From Selaginella moellendorffii (lineage: Eukaryota > Plantae > Lycopodiophyta): 13,625 nucleotides of DNA. Shown here piece by piece: positions 1 to 8,499 of this stretch. The notes under the pieces were generated by a model, which had not been told where the DNA came from, did not search any database, and was given only the letters and a program-made list of their open reading frames with translations. Position 1 is the first letter of the stretch. Every line of letters starts with the position of its first letter. The DNA is taken from assembly GCF_000143415.4 (NCBI RefSeq), contig NW_003314359.1:669190-682814 (forward strand). The letters run 5' to 3'. A program made the position numbers and the translations under genes.

Positions 1-55
1 GGCGTGTGGGAAAGAAAACAAAGTGATGTTTTTGAAAAGATAGGTGTGAGATTTG

Positions 56-238
<183 letters not shown>

Positions 239-329
239 CAAACCTTATACCATCCTCCCCTCTGTAAAATGAAAAATGTGATGGCAATAAGTTATGTGGA
301 ATATCTAGAGTTTCTGTTGAGTGATTATA

Positions 330-620
330 AATTATTATAAGAATTTGAAGCTCTCACAAAACCACCAACAATTGCTTATAACCATGATTGAAATAAAACC
401 CAAAGTTATGGTATAAGCATTAATTAACTACAAAATCCTGATGAACTAATTGTAACTTCATATGCAATTGCCAAATGCTTAAATTAATTTTGAAGTCATA
501 ACTTTAAACCAAAGCAAAGGATTTTGAGAAACACTTTAATCTATGAAATACAAATAATACATCCTGTGTTTAAGTCTTCTTGTTAATAATCCTTTGAGAC
601 CACTATTAACTTGGACTCAT
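330..620 (-). mobile_element. Possible decayed LINE ORF2 C-terminal (zf-RVT-like) fragment
   Basis: Minus-strand reading gives IKVFLKILCFGLKL and then LWVLFQSWL, with stops. This resembles the zf-RVT pattern KIKxFLWxxxxxGL...xW...SWL. Weak match by eye. Confidence 0.3.
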
Positions 621-1129
621 AACCATAAGTAGAATTTGCCTTTTCAACTTTATCTAACATTACATATAGGAGATTAAATTTATTCTCCACGTCCTTTTTA
701 TCCCCTTCTCAAAGGAAAAAAAGTTTTAAAGCACTAACTTTATTTGGACTTATTGGGTTTTTTTTTATTCTACCATCTATGTTTAGCTTTATTACATTGA
801 GGTTGAATATTTCATTAAAACTCACTATACTTGTTCTCACTCCATAATCTATATCATTTATCTTTGCTTCACTACTGTATTCACTTATCCTCACTCCATT
901 GTCGGGGTTAGACTCTTGTCCATCCCCTAACCTATCCTCCGAAAAAAAAAAAGTTTAAAGTAGCAAAAATGATAAAATGTGAAAAATTGAGGAAAAACAA
1001 TTGTGGAAGAAGAAAAAGTGCATGGAAAAAGGAATTTACAATAACTAATAATACAAAAATTAAAAAATCAAAATAAGGACATGTGCTCAAAGTTTGGAAA
1101 ATAGAGGACTTTTTATCATAAAATATTTT

Positions 1130-2050
1130 GGCCACCACAATATAAGCAAAAGATTCACACTACTCAACCTCTTTAACACACAACTCAACGCTTGAGATAA
1201 AAAAATCAATAACAACATCCACACTCTCAAGGAAATACATAAACTCCTCAATAATAACAATAAATTAAAGTCTCTCAACAACATTAATAAGTGAGGATAT
1301 AACCCAAAATTCTAACCAAAGTGATTCAACTTTTAAAACATGGGAATACTTAATACTAGAATTAATTAAAGACTTTACTAATGAAACAAAAGCGAGATTC
1401 TCAACTTCATACACATACTCAACATCCAGATTAGTATAAGAAAAATAGAAAACACTCAACTTAACACTAGATTGAGAAAATAATCATAATAATCATAAAT
1501 GATCAACATGCTAGGAGGAAAAAATATTGCAAATAAGGAAGAAACACTTAGAACATGAGAAAATGGCTCAAGTCAAGAAATAAAAAAAAGTTAAAAAAGA
1601 GCATAAGGTAAAGAAAAAAAATCAGATGATAAATTGAAGGATTTATACCTACTCCACAAAATCTCTAGCTCATCTTCCAAAGTTATCTCCATAATAATCA
1701 AATTCCTCATCACAATCCAAAATTCATTTGAGTTCTTAAACATTATTTTCCCATAAACTCAATCCTTAAACATTCTTCAAAAACCAAACTACATCATCCA
1801 TAGCTTGTCAATCGATCTCACGATCACTCTCCATATCAATGGGAGATGGCGGAACATTAAGAATAACACAAATTGTGTAATCACATTTTATAAAATTTGA
1901 GACGACACTAAAAATGAATGCAACACTAATATAATCACACCCCATAACACTAAAGTTTAATCTAATGAAGCAACATTAGCAACCTCAAATGATATACTCC
2001 TTGATCAATGATGGTATAGTATGGTAGAAGAAGAGAATGTAATAAAGATC
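1130..2050 (+). mobile_element. Unclassified decayed coding-like or retroelement-like sequence (possible gag relic)
   Basis: A/C-skewed like the LINE relic downstream. One stretch reads TWEYLILELIKDFTNETKARF, loosely like the retrotransposon gag W..F...F..RF pattern. No intact ORF. Confidence 0.2.
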
Positions 2051-3497
2051 AAAAGAAAGAACAAATTTAAGCACAATGATAATTAGAATTTTAGATCTTG
2101 CAAAAAGCTAATACAAATCTAAATTTAAAAGAGAATGAAGAAATAAGAACAAAAAACACAATCCCAAACACTAAAGCAAAGCATTGCCAAAAAATTTTGC
2201 CTTTCATGGACAAATTATAGTGCCCCTTAGTTTCTATTCATATAATGATTATTTCCTTACAAGTAAAGATTATTTTATTCTAGCAATTTGATTAATAAAA
2301 CATTTTATATAATTTAAATTTAAATTTAAGTGTAAATTAAATTAAATTTAATATAAATTCTTGAATTTAAATTATCTCTTATCAACTTTTTATGAAATAT
2401 CATTTATTTGAATAAAATTTATTTCAAAAATTATGTCATTTTAGTTTATAAAATAATTGTAATATAAATAAATTAATGTCATTAATATTGTGTTTTAAAT
2501 TTTTTTAGACTCAAGGTTTATTATCTTTGAATATCAATCTTATAGTTTTTCAAAAGGGAAATTCTAAATTAATTACTAACACTTTAAATATATTTCAATG
2601 ATCTAGAATATTATTTAATTTAAGTTAATTAAATGTTATAGCCATAGTATAATTAGAAATTTTTAAATTGTTAGAGAAGTGAAGATCTATTAGCAAATTG
2701 CAGAGTATTTTAGCATGCTAAAATATAAATTTACTTAGATATTATAAAATGTTTAATATACCAAGATTTTTAAAAAATGATTTTGACCACTAGGAAATGT
2801 TTCTAGTTATATTTATATTTTTGAAGGAATAACGTATTATATTTTAATAACAATATAACAGTATATTTGAAGAAATAACTATGCATAACTTTAAAATATT
2901 AGTTCCTCAAAATTTTACTTGAGAATCAGACTGGCAAGCTTGGTTTGGTTAATAAAGCAAGATTAACAAATATTGTATATTGCTCCTGTATTATATGTGC
3001 TTACATTACTCTCGTGGATGAATCATTTTAAGCTCGTGAAAGGACAATCCTTGAAATGAGGTTGGAGATTGCCATTTCCAAGTATTAAACACATATATTT
3101 ATTGCAAACTTTTTTTATAGTGTATATGAATGTAAAGTGGAAGAATTGAGAAGAAGTTCAACTTAAGATGTTCACCTTGTAGTGTTATCAATGTTGTGTG
3201 ACTGTTGATCCTATCAAGAACCTGCTCTTACAGCTATTTGACAAGATGCAAATGATATTAGCATAGAAAAACACAAAAGAAAAAATTTGAGTAAGGGGCA
3301 AATGGTCCACTCTTAAACTCACTATGGAAAACAGTGAACTTATTTATAGTAGAACTATGGAAGCATAGTTTGAGATTTTAACTTTAAGCGTCTACACAAC
3401 ACAGCTTATACAAAGAATGGTATTTTTATAAATACTTACAGGAAAAACGCAGGGTGAGCTGGAATGGAAATTTCACCTGGAGAGTGCATCGCCTTTG

Positions 3498-3595
3498 GAC
3501 ACGTACTCGCGCGCCATCCTTCTACAGAATTTTTAAAATACTTTGTGTAATCAAGGAAGTGAGCTATCTACTTACCACGTGTCCAGACACTTGGC
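3498..3595 (+). promoter_or_regulatory. ABRE/G-box cluster upstream of the Pro-rich gene
   Basis: GACACGT at 3498-3504 (ACGTGTC on -), CGCGCG at 3508-3513, CACGTGTC at 3576-3583, and GACACTTGGC at 3586-3595 (one mismatch from GCCACGTGTC on -). All lie 60-160 bp upstream of the ATG at 3656, in a CpG-retaining island within CpG-poor DNA. Confidence 0.6.
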
Positions 3596-3655
3596 GTGTG
3601 CATTCAAAAGCGTAAAAGGATATGTTGCCCGGCCGTCCAAAAAGGAGAAGATCCA

Positions 3656-4624
3656 ATGGGTGCGTTGAAGAACACAGTGCTTCTCTCCTCGCAAGCTTCA
3701 CCTACAGCAACTCGATTCATCCCGAGCAGCTGCGACAAAAGATCTAGCCTCGCCAATTCCAGTGCCGGCGCTGCGTGTATCGGTAAGCAAGATCATTCCA
3801 AGCTGCGCGTTCTTGTGGGTTCCGCTGCCCTAGCGCTTCAAATCTCTGCGACGAGCGCTCTTCCTCTGGCCGATCATCACTTCATCAGAGCTGTGGCGTC
3901 GCGGCCACTAGAAGCTTCAATTCAAGGTCAGCATTAACATTGTTCTCTCTTTCTAGAATCGAATCCAATTCTGTTCTCAGGTTTTTCTCTGGTCCAACAA
4001 GTGTTCTTGGCATCGCCAGAGCCCAGCATTCCGGATCCGAATCTGCCACCCCCGACGCCCACATTTCCACCGTCGATCCAGCCCGAAATCTCGCCGACCA
4101 TTTCCCCGGCGGAAATCCCAGGCACGCCAGAAGCACCGGGCATTGTCACACCGCCCCTTGAAGTACCTCCACCAGACTTCACCCCACCGGGGGATATTCC
4201 CTCCATACCCACGGAGCTCCCCCCAGATTCCATCCCAGGTGAGTCCCCAATTCCCCAAGTCCCACAAGAGTTCCCCTCTGGCCCGGCACAGCCAGAGATC
4301 ACGCCTCTGTCAAGCCCGCCAGAGTTTATGCTAAGTGGTGTGTTAAGTGGAGTCACGGTGGCCTCAACCAGGGCTCCTCCCATCATCCCTCCAAACACTC
4401 CTCCCATTACACCACCCGGGAATCCACCACCTTTTCCAACACCTTCAACGCCTCCTATTCCACCGCCTGGGGCTCCAATGCCTACTCCTCCACCCCAAAC
4501 CCCACCGATTCCTCCAGGATCAAAAGATCCCATCCCGGATCCTGTTCCAATTCCTCCGGAGCCAGGCACCCCTCCCACAATACCAACTGCTTGTATGGGG
4601 AAATTAACAAGCAGTGAGATTTAA
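3656..4624 (+). CDS. Two-exon gene (exon 1 3656-3926, intron 3927-3980, exon 2 3981-4624) for a 304-aa acidic proline-rich, probably disordered protein with a plastid transit-like N-terminus
   Basis: ATG at 3656 (MGALKNTVLLSSQASPT...). Donor CAAG|GTCAGC and acceptor TTCTCAG|GT are both phase 1 and join ...SIQG-FSLVQQVFLASPEPSIPDP in frame, removing the TAA at 3935-3937. Total 915 nt. The region is a GC-rich island. The 4001-4624 ORF is about 36% Pro (74 of 207 by hand count). AATAAA at 4667 and 4703. Confidence 0.82.
3927..3980 (+). other. 54-nt GT-AG intron
   Basis: Starts GTCAGC, ends TTCTCAG, T-rich, contains an in-frame stop. Removing it fuses the two provided ORFs (3596..3937 and 4001..4624). 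Confidence 0.78.
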
Positions 4625-4739
4625 ATTCAATTTCACAAAGTTCTAAAATTGCATAATACCTTTATAAATAAATTTTTAATGAAGTTTTGCAAAAAAAAAC
4701 CTAATAAAAGTTCTGGATCGACTTGCTTCATCAGTTGGT

Positions 4740-5290
4740 TTCCTTGTGCTGGACTTTTTTGGGGCTACACTTGTAATCCAGGCCCAAACCTCCACAGGAC
4801 CATCCCCCTCGCAAGAGCACAAGAACTGATCTATCCAGAATTTCCAAGTCAATAGCGATTCCCTTGCCACACCCAAGCCCGCTGCGAGGACCACATTGGG
4901 ACTTCCCATCCGTAGATGTTGGTACACTGGTGATGAAGGCCAAGTTCCAAAACTTCCTGTGATTGTGTCACAGTAGTGGAATCTGGCAATTATGAACTCC
5001 CTTGTCTCAAGCATTTCTCTACAACTAAACTGTGTTAGGATACACACATTGTGGCTTTGAGTTACTGTCTATGAAGCCATTGTCATCTATCAGAGACCTT
5101 CCCATTCAAGACCTTATAAAGAGCTTTGAAAGCTCATTGAATAGCTCAGTAAAAGTGCTAGCCATGATGTTGCTGTGCTTCTCCATCTGGTCAAAAACCT
5201 GGTGGGCATGAAGAATTCGTAAGCTCCCCACTCCATGGTGAGGAGATTGGAAAAATATCATCACTGCTAATGGCAAGCTCCTAGGACTAA
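4740..5290 (-). pseudogene. Degenerate PLS-class pentatricopeptide repeat (PPR) gene relic
   Basis: Frameshifted minus-strand segments appear in PPR order: FSNLLTM / GSLRILHAHQVFDQMEKHS / TSWLALLLSYS (cf. GSLxDARxVFDxMxxRDVVSWxALIxxY), EWEGL-IDDNGFI (cf. MxxEGxxPDxxTF), LETREFIIARF...FGT-AFIT-VY (cf. LxxGxxIHA...GTALITMY), and LCSCEGDGPVEVWAWITS (cf. LSACxxxGALExGxWIH). Multiple stops and frameshifts. Confidence 0.6.
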
Positions 5291-6439
5291 CAATTTATGC
5301 AAATGATGGCAATAGACTTCTCATCACAATCATGAACACTATCAAGTGAGTATATAAGCATGAAGATCTTCTCTTGCTAGTGTTAAAACTTTAAGAAGCA
5401 CATTATATAAGGATAGTGGGTAAGTTGGACATGATGAACTAATTTAAGACATTATTTGGCTCATTATTAGGTGTGTTTGTTTTTATTCTATATTTGGCTT
5501 TGGTCTAAATTTAAACTCCATATAATTGATGGAATATTTATATCCTTATATTAATATGTTGAAATAATTTTGTTTGGCTTTATTTTGTGTATTAATTCTG
5601 GCATTGGAATGCTAATTGTTCTAGAATTATTCGAAATTGCTCTATGCTCTTATTCTTTTCCTCTTTAGTTTCTTGGCTATTCACTCAAAAGTTATTCCAT
5701 GCTTTAACTTCTTCATTCTTTAGTTATATATTTGGAAGTTTAGCTTTATCCCTTCATTTAGTGGTTTAAGGCCTTAAAACTTGGGTCCCATTCCATTCTT
5801 TTGGCATATATGTCCACTTTGTGGTTATCCTATAATAAATCACTGTAAAGTATAACATGCACTATAAAAATAATGATAGTCTAAAAAAGAAGTGACCTAG
5901 ATTAATATGATATATTGCTTTATTCCTTAATCAAATCCTACTCAAATTGCCCCAAAATATCTCTTCTATAAAAGTTGTTGCCACCTTACTATAGAATAAA
6001 AGTGAAGTCAACATAAAAGATTTTGCAGCTTATGCAAAGGTTGCAACATCTCCATCAGGAAAGTGGGCCTAGCAATAGATGATTAGGAGTAGAGTTGTGT
6101 CATGATACTTATTTGATCAATATAATTTTCTAAAGAGGATTTAGGTTTGTTTTTTGTCTTCTTAGAGCCAATCTTTTTATTTTTATGCTATACAATTGAA
6201 GGCTCATACATTTTTTTCCTTATCGGTGAAATCATACACAAATAAGCATTCAAAAAAAAGTGCATACTTATTGCTAGAGTATAAAATTAGAAATTAGCTT
6301 GTAAAAGCTTGTTGAAAGAACCTAGTATAGGCTATACTAATAAAAACTAATACTTTAAGTGTAAAACCCACTATTGCACCTTGAACACACACAAGAAGTG
6401 TTTATTGATATGCCTGGAGTAGAGCAAGTTAAAAATGTT

Positions 6440-6700
6440 GTGGCTAGCATTTTGTCAAAATTTTGTTAGGACTTGTGTATGCACTTGCTCTAACCACCCT
6501 TGACGATGCTCTTTGCTTTACACAATGTTATGAAATGTCACCTTTTCCACTTTTTATAGAAGATGGTCCTATTTTAATAGAGGTTAATATTATTGCTGCC
6601 CGAATTCAAGGACAAGGGCAAGGATGTGATCATAGCCGTGATATCTACTACTGAGTGTGTGAAGTTGATCATACTTATCAGCGTTATTAGCATTTTCTTG
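6440..6700 (+). pseudogene. Gypsy gag C-terminal relic with decayed zinc knuckle
   Basis: HFVKIL...TTLDDALCFTQCYE...DGPILIEVN (cf. DGPxPMEVD)...QGQGQG...RDIYY*VCEVDHTYQRY (eroded CCHC). Confidence 0.6.
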
Positions 6701-6872
6701 ATTGGCAACCTTCATTTCTTAGGTGGAGACCTTAGCATCAACAACATTCTTGTAAACAACTAAAGAGAACGACTTGAAAGATGATTTATGGAGTTCAAAT
6801 ATAGAAGAAAAAGGTCTATGAATAAGAGTGCACCCCCTTTTCCAATCGGTTAAAAGTCTTAGGATATTTGGG

Positions 6873-6927
6873 TTTAAACGTTCTTGAGTTTGAATAGTAC
6901 TAAACTGGGTGACTTCCCGGAAAGTCC
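6873..6927 (+). other. 5S rRNA-derived segment (pol III internal promoter region) in the 5' LTR
   Basis: ...GAATAGTACTAAACTGGGTGACTTCCCGGAAAGTCC aligns without gaps to the box A/IE/box C region of plant 5S rRNA. Confidence 0.85.
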
Positions 6928-7272
6928 AAAACTCAAGATCTTACATTTGGTATTGAAGAGGTCTTGGGTCCAACTCTATTGATTGGCTAGGGGAATCACA
7001 CCATATGTTAATTAACATTTTGCTGGTCCAGTTTGCTCCTACTAGGCTCGACCCGAGGGGTAGAGTGTCAAGAGTGCGGGGCTCTCAGAAGAGCTGTGAC
7101 TCTCAACTTCCATTCACGAGGGCATGAACTTGCAAAGAAGTGTGGTGGTTTGTAAGTAACCAAAAAGAACGACTTGAGAGATAATCCATAAAGTTCAAAT
7201 ATAAAGGGAAATGACCCATGAATAAAAATGCACCCCTTTTTCCAATCAGTTAATGGTCTTGGGATATTTAAG

Positions 7273-7327
7273 GTTAAGTGTCCTTGAGTTTGAATAATAC
7301 TGGGTTGGGTGACCTTTTGGGAAATCC
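7273..7327 (+). other. 5S rRNA-derived segment in the 3' LTR
   Basis: GTTAAGTGTCCTTGAGTTTGAATAATACTGGGTTGGGTGACCTTTTGGGAAATCC matches the recalled angiosperm 5S (GTTAAGCGTGC...GGGAAGTCC) at 42/55 positions without gaps. Confidence 0.88.
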
Positions 7328-7539
7328 AAAACTCAAAAGCTTACTGTTATATTGGTGTTATTGCAGTGGAAAGTTTAGACATTGAAATGCTTTTGGGAAA
7401 CAAAGAGTTACACGAGTAGTGGAGGGACCTTGCCCGAATAAGTCAATAACTCTTTTATATTTTTTTCAGGAGTATCATTAAAGGGTTCATTTGGCACTAA
7501 TTCATCCAATATTTACTTTCCAGACTTGTTTTTATAACA

Positions 7540-7820
7540 AAAGATCTTATATTTTTCTCTTTATTTTGGTTGATATAAGTTTAAGTTTATCTTCTATTGC
7601 TCAATCTACTACCACATGTTACCATTTATATTTATATTATATGGCAGAGCCAGTTTTCATTCTTTATAGCAACGGCCGTACACATATATATGCATGGGAT
7701 GAGGCAAACCTAGTTGTGCATGTGAACAATCTCGAGCTTGAGTTGCAATCATTATAGGTGGTGCCGAGTCAAACTTTTGACCTCATCCTTAGTATAAATT
7801 GGTTGTAGGATAATCATACT
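7540..7820 (+). pseudogene. Gypsy aspartic protease relic
   Basis: FILVDISLSLSSI (cf. LVDTGSSxSFI), AEPVFILYSNG, and L*VVPSQTFDLILSINWL* (cf. FDxILGxDWL). Confidence 0.75.
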
Positions 7821-8030
7821 AGATATGATTTTGAGACTTCTTCCCTTTATTTCATACTTTTTTATATTTTTTTTATTCCTCTCACTTTTGTACCTCTTTA
7901 TCCCTCTGCTTTTATCTTTGCTTCCATCACTTTTGTTTCCCCATTACTTCGTCGTATACTTCTGTTTTGTTCCTTTCTTCCCTTTTCCGATCCCTCTAAC
8001 AATCTTTGGGTTGTAGTCGTTGACTAGCTC

Positions 8031-8490
8031 ATGAAAAAGTATGCCGATCTCTTTGAATTTAACCTGTCATTTAGAACCAAGATTGCAACACATCATCCTA
8101 TTTTAACTAGGGATGCTCATCCAATCAAGATTCATATTTGTCATAAAGAGATTAAATTTTAAGTGTAAATATCAAGGAGATGATGGAAAAGGGTGTTATT
8201 TGAAAGTTGCAAAGTCCTTAGGTATATGAATCTTATTTTGTGATGAAGCTTGATGGGAGTATTCATTTCTGCATTGACTATCATCTGTTAAATGAAGTAA
8301 TGATTTCAGATGTGTACCCTCTTCCTCACACTATTGATCTTTTCGATCGTCTGGGAAAAGGCGTTAATTCACCAAGTTAGATCTTATTTTTTGGTACTAG
8401 CAAGTATCGATGCCCGAAGAAGATATTCTTGACACTACTTTTTGTATACCGTTTGGTTTCTACAAGTGATGCCATTTGGTTTAAACAATG
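8031..8490 (+). pseudogene. Gypsy reverse transcriptase N-terminal half (frameshifted)
   Basis: KKYADLF...IKEMMEKGVI...MKLDGSIHFCIDYHLLNEVMISDVYPLPHTIDLFDRLGKG / FTKLDL...Y*QV...EEDI..TTFCIPFGFY / VMPFGLNN. These are canonical Ty3/gypsy RT motifs; the YxDD block is absent. Confidence 0.93.
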
Positions 8491-8499
8491 TATTTCAAG

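Larger units (their letters stand above)
6751..7345 (+). mobile_element. Cassandra-type TRIM, copy 1 (LTRs 6751-6945 and 7151-7345; internal 6946-7150)
   Basis: Two ungapped 195-bp direct repeats (151/195 identical) with TGTAA...TTAC(A/T) ends. tRNA-Met-type PBS TGGTATTGAAG at 6948, purine-rich tract before the 3' LTR, no ORF, and a 5S-like segment in each LTR. Flanks ATTCT/GTTAT may be an eroded 5-bp TSD. Confidence 0.93.
5950..8495 (+). mobile_element. Decayed Ty3/gypsy LTR retrotransposon internal region (gag-protease-RT), interrupted by a Cassandra TRIM and truncated within RT
   Basis: Gag-like C-terminus (6440-6700), protease (7540-7820) and RT (8030-8490) motifs are colinear in gypsy order. 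The 5' boundary and LTRs are not resolved. Confidence 0.8.

Noticed and set aside
709-1459. Four short minus-strand ORFs
   Set aside because: Composition-driven, no recognisable motifs or splice-compatible structure.
2270-2420. AT-rich imperfect palindrome as a MITE
   Set aside because: Almost pure A/T low complexity; no definable TIR or TSD.
3934-4578. 214-aa Gly-rich minus-strand ORF (and overlapping ORFs 3885-4136, 3977-4267, 3940-4161, 4143-4334, 4347-4607)
   Set aside because: Antisense or off-frame shadows of the Pro-rich exon. The + strand has the ATG, promoter motifs, a phase-compatible intron and poly(A) signals. The best minus-strand donor (4700) is out of phase with the acceptor near 4587.
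4676-5047. 123-aa minus-strand ORF as an intact novel gene
   Set aside because: Better explained as an open stretch of the frameshifted PPR relic.
6873-7327. Functional 5S rRNA genes
   Set aside because: Only about 55 nt of the 120-nt gene, no terminal stem or T-run terminator, and embedded in LTRs.
7825-8016. Hydrophobic 63-aa ORF as a membrane protein
   Set aside because: Pyrimidine-rich eroded linker between gypsy protease and RT; the Phe/Leu richness follows from T-richness.
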